From Candidatus Nealsonbacteria bacterium (lineage in GTDB: Bacteria > Patescibacteriota > Minisyncoccia > Minisyncoccales > CSSED10-335): a stretch of DNA of 45,744 bases. Below, one piece after another: positions 8,539 through 18,257 of this stretch. The position numbers were made by a program, and so were the translations under genes. The stretch spans positions 1-45,744 of the forward strand of contig PWOE01000113.1 in the NCBI GenBank assembly GCA_003557585.1, in the 5' to 3' direction. The notes beneath the pieces are model-generated. The model was not told the origin of the DNA, ran no database searches, and saw nothing but the letters and a program-made list of their open reading frames with translations. Each line of letters begins with the position of its first letter. Positions within the stretch are counted from its first letter, which is position 1.

Positions 8539-8609
8539 TTGCGGGGGCCGGAATTGCACCGGCGCCTTGAGGTTATGGGCCTCACATGGTACTACTCCAC
8601 CACCCCGCA
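8539..8609 (-). tRNA. tRNA-Met(CAT), probable initiator, non-canonical
   Basis: TGCGGGG TG GTGG AGTAGTA CCAT G TGAGG CCCATAA CCTCA AGGC GCCGG TGCAATT CCGGC CCCCGCA A; fMet-like NGCGGGG acceptor; no encoded CCA. Confidence 0.88.
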
Positions 8610-8621
8610 TTAATGTTTTGT

Positions 8622-8650
8622 ATCTTAATACAGTTTAACAAGAAAATCAA
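8622..8650 (-). promoter_or_regulatory. tRNA operon promoter
   Basis: TTGATT-17 nt-TAAGAT, 12 nt before the first tRNA. Confidence 0.6.
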
Positions 8651-8652
8651 CC

Positions 8653-9180
8653 CTAAGATATGGCGCTTAAATTCCTAAACGTTCTCTCATAAACTTTAAG
8701 CGTCTCTCTCGCTTTTTCCAAGGTAAGCTGATAGTCAGGGTCATAAACAACATTATTTCTAGTTTTTCTCGCTTCTTTGATCTCATCAATGTTTTCAAGT
8801 TCAGAGCTAGTTGTCTTTTCCAGCTTCTCTTCTATCGTCTTTTCGCTATGACCAATTCTTTCAAGAGTCTTATCAAGCATCATATCAGCCTCTATAATTG
8901 CCAACTTATACTCTGATTCTAGGCCGCTATCTAGCTTCTTTTCAATCTTCTTCCATTCTTTCAAGAGCTTACTGCTTCCTTGAGGCTTAAAAGAGAGGAA
9001 CTCTGATGCCTCCTCAAAAAACCTTAAATTTAATCGCTGACTTACTAAAAGGACAAAAATTATCACTCCTAAAAAAACTATTGACAAGACGATGAAAACA
9101 ATTTGCGAAATTTCTATAATATCATTGAATGGTTGCGGAATTGTTTCTGGTGATAATAGATAAGAAATTATTTCTTCCAT
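8653..9180 (-). CDS. Hypothetical single-pass membrane protein with a helical (HEPN-like) C-domain
   Basis: N-terminal TM helix; KLAIIEAD..LD and RNNVVYD motifs; overlaps the gatA stop. Confidence 0.75.
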   Translation of the reverse strand: MEEIISYLLSPETIPQPFNDIIEISQIVFIVLSIVFLGVIIFVLLVSQRLNLRFFEEASEFLSFKPQGSSKLLKEWKKIEKKLDSGLESEYKLAIIEADMMLDKTLERIGHSEKTIEEKLEKTTSSELENIDEIKEARKTRNNVVYDPDYQLTLEKARETLKVYERTFRNLSAIS

Positions 9181-10592
9181 ATTTTTTCAAAATATTCAGC
9201 TGCTTTAAAAATATCCGACTCTTTGAAATATGAGCCAATTACCTGCATGCCGACAGAAAGATTGCCGACCTTACCACAAGGTAAAGATATTGCTGGCAAA
9301 CCAGCTATATTTACGCCGGCAGTAAAGATATCTGAAAGATACATAGCTAAAGGGTCTTTTGCTTTCTCACCTATCTTGAAAGGTAATGTCGGTGATGTTG
9401 GTGCTAAGATTAAATCAACTTCCTGAAAAGCTTCTTTGAAATCATTGATAATTAAAGATCTTGCTTGTTGGGCTTTCTTGTAGTAAGCATCATAATAGCC
9501 AGCTGAAAGAGTGTAGCTTCCCAGAGAAATTCTTCTTTTGACTTCAACTCCTAGCCCATCTTTTCGACTATTGAAATATCTCTCTGAAAGATCTTTACCT
9601 TCTTTAGATAAACCATACCTCAATCCATCATAACGTGCTAGGTTTGCTGATATCTCCGATGGTGAAATTATATAATAGACTGGTAGGGCATATTCTGTGT
9701 AAGGCAAACTTATTCTCTTAATTTTGAAGCCTTCTTTTTCAGCAGCAACAATCGCTTCTTCTATCTTTTCTTCAACATTTTTATCAATTCCTTTTTTGAA
9801 ATATTCCTCAGGAATTCCAATCCTGAAGTTCTTAACATCTTTATCTGAATCTTTGAAAGTGTAATCAGCTGAGGTAGAGTCCATCTTGTCTTTACCTGAT
9901 ATCGCTTTGAAAACAATCTTGGCATCCTCAACGTTTTTAGTTAAAGGGCCAATCTGATCTAAAGATGATGCCATGGCTATCAGGCCATATCTTGAAACAG
10001 CGCCATAGGTCGGTTTTAATCCAACTAACCCGCAAAACGAAGCTGGTTGCCTTATCGATCCACCCGTATCAGAGCCAAGGGCAAAACAAGAGAAGTTGGC
10101 AGCAACAGCTGCTGCTGATCCTCCAGAAGATCCTCCAGGAACTAAATCTGTATTCAATGGATTTCTGGTAACTCCATATGCCGAGTGCTCTGTAGACGAA
10201 CCCATGGCAAATTCATCCATGTTGGCTTTACCGATGATTATTGAGCCCGCTTTCTTTATCTTTTTAATTACTGTTGCATCATAGGGGGCGATGTAATTTT
10301 CCAACATCTTTGATCCGGCAGTTGTTTTTCCTCCTTTCATCAAGATATTATCTTTAATCGCAGAAGGAATACCGCTTAAAATTGGAATATCTTTTTTTCT
10401 TGCAATCTCTTTGTCAATCTCTTTTGCTTGAGATATCACCTCTTCTCTGTTAAAGCTCAGCAGAGAGAAGATGAAATCATTGTTCTTCTCAATCTCTTTG
10501 ATAAAAGACTCTGCTATATCAAGAGCCGAAAAAGATCTTTTCTTTAGTCCTTGGTTTATCTCTTTTATCGTTTTTTGAAAGAAATCGCTCAT
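9168..10592 (-). CDS. gatA: Amidotransferase subunit A
   Basis: KDN, PGGSSGGSAAAVA, GSDTGGSIRQPA, SANLARYDG. Confidence 0.98.
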   Translation of the reverse strand: MSDFFQKTIKEINQGLKKRSFSALDIAESFIKEIEKNNDFIFSLLSFNREEVISQAKEIDKEIARKKDIPILSGIPSAIKDNILMKGGKTTAGSKMLENYIAPYDATVIKKIKKAGSIIIGKANMDEFAMGSSTEHSAYGVTRNPLNTDLVPGGSSGGSAAAVAANFSCFALGSDTGGSIRQPASFCGLVGLKPTYGAVSRYGLIAMASSLDQIGPLTKNVEDAKIVFKAISGKDKMDSTSADYTFKDSDKDVKNFRIGIPEEYFKKGIDKNVEEKIEEAIVAAEKEGFKIKRISLPYTEYALPVYYIISPSEISANLARYDGLRYGLSKEGKDLSERYFNSRKDGLGVEVKRRISLGSYTLSAGYYDAYYKKAQQARSLIINDFKEAFQEVDLILAPTSPTLPFKIGEKAKDPLAMYLSDIFTAGVNIAGLPAISLPCGKVGNLSVGMQVIGSYFKESDIFKAAEYFEKIWKK

Positions 10593-10873
10593 TTAAAGAC
10601 TGACTTTACTTTAAGAAAACTACCTTCTTTTTCAGAAAAAAGAGCTACTATTCCTTTCTTGTTGTCGAAGCTTTCAATCTCATCCTCCCTGGCCTTGCTG
10701 TACTCTTTAATCTTGAATAACAATGTTTCAGATTCTTTAATTTTTAGCTCATCTATCTTCTCAATATAATCTAAAATATCGGAGAGATCTTTTTGCAAAG
10801 ACTCTTTTTCCTTTTCTTTTAAACCAATCTTAGAAAGATTAAGTATCTTTTCTATAATTGTCCTATTAATCAT
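10589..10873 (-). CDS. gatC: Amidotransferase subunit C
   Basis: 94 aa upstream of gatA; L..ILDYIE, RED, FLKVKSV. Confidence 0.9.
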   Translation of the reverse strand: MINRTIIEKILNLSKIGLKEKEKESLQKDLSDILDYIEKIDELKIKESETLLFKIKEYSKAREDEIESFDNKKGIVALFSEKEGSFLKVKSVFK

Positions 10874-10882
10874 CTCTTTTTA

Positions 10883-11950
10883 TTATTGTTTGGGAGCTTC
10901 TAGCATGTCTGTCTCCAAGAGAACCTCGTGCAACTCATCGATATGCTCTAAGACAAAGCCGGCTCCCCTAGCGACCGCTGTTAGCGGATCATCTGCTATC
11001 TTAGTTTTTATCTTGGTCTCTTCAGCTATTAATTGATCGAGCCCTTTCAAGAGACTACCTCCACCCAAAAGATAAATTCCTTTGTTCATGATATCGGCCA
11101 ATAATTCTGGTGGAGTATCTTCCACTGTTAATTTTATCGATGTAATAATCTCTTTAACCGACTTCTCCATTGCCCTTCTAATATCTTTGTCAGTAACAAT
11201 TATCTCTTCTGGTAAACCAGTTACAACATTTCTACCTCTTATCGGCATCTCTAATTTATCTTTAAGCGGATAAGCAGATCCTATGCTAATCTTCACCTCT
11301 TCCGCAGTTCTTTCTCCTATTAGCAACTTGTACTCTTCTTGAGCAAACTTTATGATGTCTTCGTTAAGCTTGTCTCCAGCAACCCTAAGACTTCTAGCGA
11401 CAACTATTCCTCCAAGTGAGATAACAGCAACTTCTGTTGTTCCACCACCAATATCAACTATGAAATTTCCGCCTGCATCTTGAACTTGTAGGCGAGCTCC
11501 AATCGCTGACGCCATCGGCTCTTCTATCAAGAAGACCTCTCTTGCTCCAGCATTCTTGCCCGCATCTTGAACGGCCTTCTTTTCAACTTCAGTAACCCCA
11601 AATGGAATGCCAACAATCAATCTCGGTCTTAATTTTATGAAAAACTTTCTGTCATAGGCTTTGTCTATGAAATATCTCAACATCTGCTCGGTGACGTCAA
11701 AATCAGAAACAACTCCTGAAACAAGAGGTCTTGTTGCCACTATATGAGCTGGTGTCTTGCCAACCATTCTTTTAGCCTCTTCTCCTATCGCTAGAATCTG
11801 ACCAGTCTTTTGATTAACAGCAACAACTGATGGTTCAGATATTATTATTCCTCGCCCCCTGACATAGACAAGAGAATTAGCTGTCCCAAGATCAATACCG
11901 ATATCGGTTGAAAATTTACTAAAGAATTCTTTGAGATAAGATTTAATCAT
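10883..11950 (-). CDS. mreB: Rod shape-determining protein MreB (paralog 1)
   Basis: IGIDLGTAN, EPSVVA, VDIGGGTTEVAVISLGG, AGDKL. Confidence 0.95.
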   Translation of the reverse strand: MIKSYLKEFFSKFSTDIGIDLGTANSLVYVRGRGIIISEPSVVAVNQKTGQILAIGEEAKRMVGKTPAHIVATRPLVSGVVSDFDVTEQMLRYFIDKAYDRKFFIKLRPRLIVGIPFGVTEVEKKAVQDAGKNAGAREVFLIEEPMASAIGARLQVQDAGGNFIVDIGGGTTEVAVISLGGIVVARSLRVAGDKLNEDIIKFAQEEYKLLIGERTAEEVKISIGSAYPLKDKLEMPIRGRNVVTGLPEEIIVTDKDIRRAMEKSVKEIITSIKLTVEDTPPELLADIMNKGIYLLGGGSLLKGLDQLIAEETKIKTKIADDPLTAVARGAGFVLEHIDELHEVLLETDMLEAPKQ

Positions 11951-13017
11951 ATTAGTCTTTGAATGTCATAAATAGTAACAAATATTAATAGACCCACCAG
12001 TATTAAAAAGGATATTGCAACCGCATTCTTTTCAATCTTGGGATTCAGTGGCGATCCCTTAATCTTTTCAATCATCAATAAAAGAAATCTACCTCCATCC
12101 AAGGCTGGTATCGGCAAAAGATTAAATATCGCTAAAGAGATAGAGATAATTGCTATTATTGTTAAGTAATCAACTAAACCTCTTTCTATCGCTCCCACAA
12201 AAATCTCTCCGACAATAGCGACAGGACCAGCAAACTTAACCTCCTCTGGCATCGGCTCTCTTAGAACAGCTCTTCTTGCTATATCAAAAAGAGATGTTGT
12301 TATTAAACGTGTCATCCTGCCCGTCATTATTATTCCATAAAAAGGAGCTGTATAGAAGGGGTATCTCTGGGTTGTCATCCTGTTGAAATGAACTCCCATC
12401 AATTCATCTTCTTCTAATGCTTCCAGCGATACAAGAAGATTCTCTTTGCCTCTGGTAATTGAAAACTCTAAATCCTTGCCCTTATTCTCTGCTATGAACT
12501 TCTTAAGATCCTCTGATCTATTAATTGAGCTAAAAGAGTCATTGAATCTAGCTTCATTAATGATGTCGCCTGGAATTATCCCTGCTTGCGCTGCAGGAGA
12601 TTCAGAGACGACCCCGATAATCATTACTTGAGCATCGGGAGCATAAAAATCATCATCGATTGCTGTTGGCGAGCCGATTATCGCTATTAAAGTTAAAGCG
12701 ACGAAAGCAACAATCCAAAAAGCGATTACTCCTCCTAGAATTATCGCAGACCTTTGCAATATCGATTTTTCACTGAAGCTTCTCTTGTCTTTGATTCTCT
12801 CTTCTTCACCATATATTTTAACAAAAGCACCAATTGGTAGAAGATTTAAAGAATAGAGCGTCTCTCCTATCTTTTTGCTCACTATCTTTGGCGGAATTCC
12901 TATACCAAACTCCTCTACCTTAACGCCCATCTTTTTTGCAACTAAAAAATGGCCTAGTTCATGTAAAACCATTAAAGCAACTAAACTGATAATAGCAATT
13001 GTTATATATAAAAACAT
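11947..13017 (-). CDS. rseP: RIP metalloprotease RseP (M50, PDZ)
   Basis: HELGH, PDZ (SPAAQAGI.PGD), NLLPIPALDGG. Confidence 0.93.
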   Translation of the reverse strand: MFLYITIAIISLVALMVLHELGHFLVAKKMGVKVEEFGIGIPPKIVSKKIGETLYSLNLLPIGAFVKIYGEEERIKDKRSFSEKSILQRSAIILGGVIAFWIVAFVALTLIAIIGSPTAIDDDFYAPDAQVMIIGVVSESPAAQAGIIPGDIINEARFNDSFSSINRSEDLKKFIAENKGKDLEFSITRGKENLLVSLEALEEDELMGVHFNRMTTQRYPFYTAPFYGIIMTGRMTRLITTSLFDIARRAVLREPMPEEVKFAGPVAIVGEIFVGAIERGLVDYLTIIAIISISLAIFNLLPIPALDGGRFLLLMIEKIKGSPLNPKIEKNAVAISFLILVGLLIFVTIYDIQRLI

Positions 13018-13019
13018 CT

Positions 13020-13580
13020 TTAGCTCTCCATTATCTCTTCTTCTTTTCTTTTATAAGTTTCTTCAACCTTTTGACTGTAATCATCTATTAACTCTTGCAG
13101 ACCATCTCTTCCCTTGAATTTGTCATCTTCTCTTATCTCTCCCTTTTTGAAATTGTCTTGAATTTTACGCCAAGCCTCTTCTCTCGATTTTCTTAAAGAG
13201 ATTTTGGCTGCTTCAGCCTTGTCTCCCAAGAGCTTTAATAGCTTCTTTCTATACTCTTCAGTTAAAGACGGTAGAGTGACCCTGATAATGTTGCCATCAA
13301 CAACTGGACTTCCCCCTAAATCTGACTGTGACAAGGCTTTTTCAATTTCAGAGACAATCGATTGGTCCCATGGCTGTATAGCAAGAGTTCTTGGACCCAT
13401 GGTACTTATAGAGGCTAACTGGTTAAGGGGCATTTTAGAACCATAAGAATCGACAACTATCTTCTCAACTAAAGAGGGGTTGGCTCTTCCGGTTCTAATT
13501 GTAGCAATATCTTCCTCAAAAAAGTTGATTGTCTTATCAAATTCTTTTTTTGTTTCTTCTATAATATCTTTGATATCCAT
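13020..13580 (-). CDS. frr: Ribosome recycling factor
   Basis: IRTGRANP, YGSKMPLNQLA, PSLTEEYRK. Confidence 0.98.
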   Translation of the reverse strand: MDIKDIIEETKKEFDKTINFFEEDIATIRTGRANPSLVEKIVVDSYGSKMPLNQLASISTMGPRTLAIQPWDQSIVSEIEKALSQSDLGGSPVVDGNIIRVTLPSLTEEYRKKLLKLLGDKAEAAKISLRKSREEAWRKIQDNFKKGEIREDDKFKGRDGLQELIDDYSQKVEETYKRKEEEIMES

Positions 13581-13582
13581 AT

Positions 13583-14482
13583 TTATAACTCTATTAATAA
13601 TGATTCTATTGCTAATTTAGCATTGATATTGGTCTGGTTGATAAAATCAATCGTCTTGTTAATTGAATTGATAGATCTTATTATCTTTTTCAATGAATAA
13701 CTAACATTTTCTCCCTTAACCTTTCTTATGAATAATTCCCTGAAATAGCTCAACCATATCTCTAGAACTCTTCTTAGCTCATCTTTGTCTTCAGATATCT
13801 TCTTTGCATAATCAAATCTTAAATGAAATGATTCTTTAATTGATGTAATCTTTGCTAATTCCTTTATTGTCTTTTTACGAAACTTAAGGTCTTCAGGATT
13901 TTTTGAAAAATTAACTGCTATCCCTGGTCTACCAAAAGAAAAAAGAGATATCTCGTCAGCTTTTTCTTCGTCAATGCCTTTTTCGATTAAAAGATTCTTT
14001 ATCTTATCTTTTTCAACTGGAAAAAACTTAAATCTTTGCAACCTTGATCTTATCGTAGCAAGAAGCATCTCTGGATATTCTGTTATTAAGAAAAAGACTG
14101 TTTCCCCTTTGGGCTCTTCTAAAATTTTAAGAAGAGCGTTGGCAGCTTCTCTATTTAAAAGATGAGCGTCATCTATTATAACCCACTTGAAACAAGAAGA
14201 GTGCGGGGAAAGAGAAACTTTCTTGATAAGATTTCTAATTTGATCAATCTGAATAACTCCCTTAACTGGCTCTATCAAGATAAGGTCTGGGTCTTTGTTG
14301 TTCTCTATCGAAAGGCATCTTTTACAATTATCGCAACCACAATTAATTTTTTTAAAAAGATCTATGGCTATCTTCTTTTTGCCTAAAGAAGATCTTCCTT
14401 GAAAAATGATTCCATGGGGAATCTTTTTTGATACAACAATTCTGTCCAATAATTCCCTCTGTTTTTCGTGCCCAATTAGCAT
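13583..14482 (-). CDS. holB: DNA polymerase III subunit delta'
   Basis: IGH, Cys cluster, ANALLKILEEP, TIRSR. Confidence 0.9.
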   Translation of the reverse strand: MLIGHEKQRELLDRIVVSKKIPHGIIFQGRSSLGKKKIAIDLFKKINCGCDNCKRCLSIENNKDPDLILIEPVKGVIQIDQIRNLIKKVSLSPHSSCFKWVIIDDAHLLNREAANALLKILEEPKGETVFFLITEYPEMLLATIRSRLQRFKFFPVEKDKIKNLLIEKGIDEEKADEISLFSFGRPGIAVNFSKNPEDLKFRKKTIKELAKITSIKESFHLRFDYAKKISEDKDELRRVLEIWLSYFRELFIRKVKGENVSYSLKKIIRSINSINKTIDFINQTNINAKLAIESLLIEL

Positions 14483-14486
14483 AGCT

Positions 14487-15500
14487 TTAACGCCTAGTCA
14501 TTATGCTTCTCTTGTAAGCATCTAGATTTTCTAAAACCTCTCCTGTTCCTTTCGCTACACAAGTTAAGGGTTCATCTGCTATAAAACAAGGAACCCCAAT
14601 ATTTTGAGAAATAAGAGTATCGATATTCCTTAAAAGAGCTCCTCCGCCAGAAACAACCATGCCTTTGTCCATGATATCAGCAGATAGCTCAGGTGGAGTG
14701 TCTCTCAAGACCTGTCTTATCGTTGCTAAAATCTCTTCTAATGGCTCTCTTATCGCCTCGGCAACTTCATTCGAGCTTATGCTTATATTCCTGGGAAGCC
14801 CTAAAGCCAAGTCTCTACCTCTAATATTCATAGTCTTCTCTTCTTTTTCAGGAATTGCTGTGCCGATTTCTTTCTTGATTTCTTCTGCTGTCTGTGACCC
14901 AACAGCCAGCTTATATTTCTTTTTTATATAATCTACAATGGCTGCATCAATCTTATCACCCGCTGTTCTCAAAGAAGAATAGTTAACAACGCCTCCTAGA
15001 GATATGACGGCGACCTCAGAAGTTCCGCCTCCGATATCGACAATCATATGTCCTGAGCAAGAATTAATCGGCATACCTGCTCCAATAGCTGCCAAAACTG
15101 GCTCTTTCGCAACATAGACAGCTTTGGCTCCAGCTAAGATACCTGCCTCAATGACAGCTCTTTTCTCGGTAGAGGTTACTCCCGCAGGAATACCAATAAT
15201 TAGTTCTGGCTTAAATAATCTAAATGACTTTGTAGTTTTGGTAATGAAATAACGAAGCATTACCTCAGTTATCTTGTATTCGGCAATAACCCCGTCTTTA
15301 AGAGGGCGATAAACCTTAATTGAATCGGGAGTTCGGCCTATCATCTCTTTGGCTTCAGCTCCGACGGCTAATATCTTATTCTCAGAAATAGAAACTGCAA
15401 TAACTGACGGCTCGTTAAGAACTAGCCCTTTCTTGGGAATGAAAACCAAAGAATTACAAGTACCAAGGTCTATTCCTATCTTTTTAATAAACATATTCAT
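14487..15500 (-). CDS. mreB: MreB/Mbl family actin homolog (paralog 2)
   Basis: IGIDLGT, RPLKDGVIA, VDIGGGTSE, GGGALLRN. Confidence 0.93.
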   Translation of the reverse strand: MNMFIKKIGIDLGTCNSLVFIPKKGLVLNEPSVIAVSISENKILAVGAEAKEMIGRTPDSIKVYRPLKDGVIAEYKITEVMLRYFITKTTKSFRLFKPELIIGIPAGVTSTEKRAVIEAGILAGAKAVYVAKEPVLAAIGAGMPINSCSGHMIVDIGGGTSEVAVISLGGVVNYSSLRTAGDKIDAAIVDYIKKKYKLAVGSQTAEEIKKEIGTAIPEKEEKTMNIRGRDLALGLPRNISISSNEVAEAIREPLEEILATIRQVLRDTPPELSADIMDKGMVVSGGGALLRNIDTLISQNIGVPCFIADEPLTCVAKGTGEVLENLDAYKRSIMTRR

Positions 15501-16843
15501 TATTTTCTTAATTCTGTGTTTCCTCTTTTTATCTTTGCCCCAATTTTTTGTAGTCGTTCTTCAATCTTTTCATATCCCCTATCAACTTGAGAGATATTTT
15601 TAATAACTGTGATGCCTTGTGCTATCAAGCCAGCGACTATTAAAGCTGCTCCACTTCTCAAGTCTAATGGTCCTAGCTCTGTTCCGTGCAACTCTGTTGG
15701 TCCATTAATGACTGCCCTATGAGGGTCGCAAATAACGATCTCTGCCCCCATCTTGTTAAGTTCTTCTAGATATTTAAGTCTTCCGTCATATAAAGGATCG
15801 TGAATCAGTGTCAGTCCTTGAGCTTGAGTTGCCAAAACTCCAAAGATTGATTGCAAATCTGTTGGAATTCCTGGGTAAGGTAATGCTTGTATCTTTTTTA
15901 TCTTTAAATCGTCTGACTTTTCTGCCATCACCGAGCTATCTGATAATATTTCAAACTTTCCGCCAGAGCTTCTAATCTTCTTGAAGAAAAGATCTAAGTA
16001 TTTAACAGGAACATTGTTTATCTTAACCTTGCCAGGAGATGCTAGTGCCATCAAGATATATGTTCCAGCTTCAACATAGTCATAAGATATAAAATGGTCT
16101 GCTCCTTTAAGATCTTTCTTTCCTTGTATCGTTATTGTGTGTGAACCGATACCATCTATTTTAACCCCCATCTTGGATAAGAACGATGCAAGTTCTTGAA
16201 CATGGGGCTCGCAAGCAGCTATCTTTATAACTGTCTTTTTGGGCGTTAAAGCGGCAGCCATTAAAGCATTCTCTGTTCCAGTTACTGAAAATTCATTCAA
16301 GACAATCTCTTGGCCAGCTAACTCGTCTTTAACTCTTATCTTGTAAAGATTAGTTTTGTCTGAATAGGCGCTCTGCTCTTTCTCTTTTTCTTTGTCAAAA
16401 TAAGCTCCAACCTGACTAATTTCAACGTCTGCGCCCATCTCAACAAAAGCATCTAGGTGTGCATCAATTGATCTTGTTCCGATAAGACATCCTCCAGGAT
16501 GATTAATTTCAACAGATTTAAGCCTTGCCAAGAGTGGTCCCAAGATGAGAACGGATGACCTCATTCTTGAGACAAGACTATTATCCATCTTAGATAAATC
16601 AATCTCTTTCGCCTCTATCTTTACCTTTCTTTCTCCTAGCCATGTCACTTTTGCTCCCAAGCTAGAAACGAGCTTGATCATCTTTAAAACATCTTCAATT
16701 AAAGGAAGATTATCAATTACACAAGGCTCCGAAGTGAGCAAGGTTGATGCTATAATCGGTGTTGCTGAGTTCTTGGACCCTTTAACGTCAATCTCACCTT
16801 TAAGAGGGCTACCTCCCTCTATTATGAATTTATCAGAAGTCAT
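15500..16843 (-). CDS. murA: UDP-N-acetylglucosamine 1-carboxyvinyltransferase
   Basis: GSKNS, RSS, PGGCLIGTR (active Cys), PGIPTDLQ, DLRSG, DRGYE; ~20-aa charged insertion. Confidence 0.97.
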   Translation of the reverse strand: MTSDKFIIEGGSPLKGEIDVKGSKNSATPIIASTLLTSEPCVIDNLPLIEDVLKMIKLVSSLGAKVTWLGERKVKIEAKEIDLSKMDNSLVSRMRSSVLILGPLLARLKSVEINHPGGCLIGTRSIDAHLDAFVEMGADVEISQVGAYFDKEKEKEQSAYSDKTNLYKIRVKDELAGQEIVLNEFSVTGTENALMAAALTPKKTVIKIAACEPHVQELASFLSKMGVKIDGIGSHTITIQGKKDLKGADHFISYDYVEAGTYILMALASPGKVKINNVPVKYLDLFFKKIRSSGGKFEILSDSSVMAEKSDDLKIKKIQALPYPGIPTDLQSIFGVLATQAQGLTLIHDPLYDGRLKYLEELNKMGAEIVICDPHRAVINGPTELHGTELGPLDLRSGAALIVAGLIAQGITVIKNISQVDRGYEKIEERLQKIGAKIKRGNTELRK

Positions 16844-16853
16844 ATTACTCTGT

Positions 16854-16904
16854 ATAATAACTCATAAAAAGAAAGTTGGCAAGCAAGGAAAAATAGTATA
16901 AAAT
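16854..16904. promoter_or_regulatory. Divergent promoters (murA / PEGA-like gene) with overlapping -35 boxes
   Basis: Plus: TTGGCA-17-TAAAAT-6-ATG; minus: TTGCCA-17-TATTAT-10-ATG. Confidence 0.55.
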
Positions 16905-16910
16905 GGGTCT

Positions 16911-18224
16911 ATGACGAAAAAAGAGAGATCTATATTGTTTATAATAATGCTTCTTCTTTTCCTTTTTCTAGGACCAACTTTGGTTCTTTATTCACAAGGA
17001 TATAGGTTTGATTTAGAGTCTAAAAGAATTGTCCAAAGCGGCGCCCTCTATTTCAGAGCTTCTCCTAGAAGCGTCTTTGTAGAAGTGATGACCGATGACC
17101 AGTCAAGGGTTATTAATAGAAAAACTGATTTTTTCTTTGGCACTCTTTTCATTGAAAATCTCCTACCTAAAACTCACCATATCAAGATACAAAAAGAGAA
17201 TTATCATCCGTGGCAAAAAAGCATCCAAATCGGAGAAAGGCTTGTTTCTGAATTTAAAAACATCACATTGATACCCAAAGAGGCAAAGATTGAAATCGCT
17301 GAAAAAGATATTAAAGAGCTCTTCTATTTTCCAGAAAAAGATAAATTAATTTTTCTATCAAACAATAACGACCTATTTTTTCATGAGAACAAGCAAGACA
17401 GCCAATTAATATTTTCATATAATGAAAAAGAAGAGATAGAGGTGATAGATCTACTTAAAGATAGCGAAAAAGTCTTGGTCAAGGCTGACGATAATTACTT
17501 TTTAATTAACGGAGAAGATCAAGAATCAACTTTAATTAGCCTTCCAGATAATATTCAAAAGATATCGATGACAGAAGAAGGGGTATTCTTCATAAAAGAA
17601 GGAGATCTCTATCTTTATAAACATGAAATGAAAGAGACCTCTCTATTTTTCGAAGAGGTTCTTGATTACAGAATTGATAAAAAAGATATCTTTTATCTTT
17701 CTGAAGATGGATTTTTGATGAAGAATGATAACAAGATCAATCAAGATCCTGTTGCCTTTGAAGAATCAGCCGACATCATTAATTTAAATCCCAATATAAT
17801 TAAGGATGAAGAAGCCTTCTATGTCTTTGACAGAAATGATTCAAAATTTAAAGAGATTGTTCAGTCTGATTGCAATGCTTTAATTTCTCCTGATAATAAA
17901 AAGATGGCTTGCTATAAAGACCATGAGATAAGGATCATTTTCCTTGAAAATATTTTTGATCAACCCCAAAGGGAGGCTGGTGATGTTGTCTTCCTAACCA
18001 GAGTTTCAGACAAGATAGACTATTTAAATTGGTATACTTCCCATTATCTAATATTCACAACAACCAACCAGATAAAGACGATTGAAATAGATAATCGCGA
18101 TCATATCAATGTTAATCAAATAGCAGAGATTGATTTCAGAGATATCTTTTTCAGATTTTCTGACAAAAGACTATATCTCTTAAGCGATCAAAATCTGATT
18201 GTTTCAGAAAAACTTGTTCCTTAA
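16911..18224 (+). CDS. Membrane-anchored PEGA-like / beta-propeller protein
   Basis: N-terminal TM followed by YSQGYRFD...SGAL; I.KENYHPWQK PEGA-like segment; beta-rich repeats. Confidence 0.75.
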   Translation: MTKKERSILFIIMLLLFLFLGPTLVLYSQGYRFDLESKRIVQSGALYFRASPRSVFVEVMTDDQSRVINRKTDFFFGTLFIENLLPKTHHIKIQKENYHPWQKSIQIGERLVSEFKNITLIPKEAKIEIAEKDIKELFYFPEKDKLIFLSNNNDLFFHENKQDSQLIFSYNEKEEIEVIDLLKDSEKVLVKADDNYFLINGEDQESTLISLPDNIQKISMTEEGVFFIKEGDLYLYKHEMKETSLFFEEVLDYRIDKKDIFYLSEDGFLMKNDNKINQDPVAFEESADIINLNPNIIKDEEAFYVFDRNDSKFKEIVQSDCNALISPDNKKMACYKDHEIRIIFLENIFDQPQREAGDVVFLTRVSDKIDYLNWYTSHYLIFTTTNQIKTIEIDNRDHINVNQIAEIDFRDIFFRFSDKRLYLLSDQNLIVSEKLVP

Positions 18225-18227
18225 AAG

Positions 18228-18251
18228 AAAAAACCGCCTTGAGCAAGGCGG
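18228..18251 (-). terminator. Intrinsic terminator after rpsI (between convergent genes)
   Basis: CCGCCTT-GCTC-AAGGCGG followed by TTTTTT on the minus strand. Confidence 0.85.
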
Positions 18252-18257
18252 CAAAGA

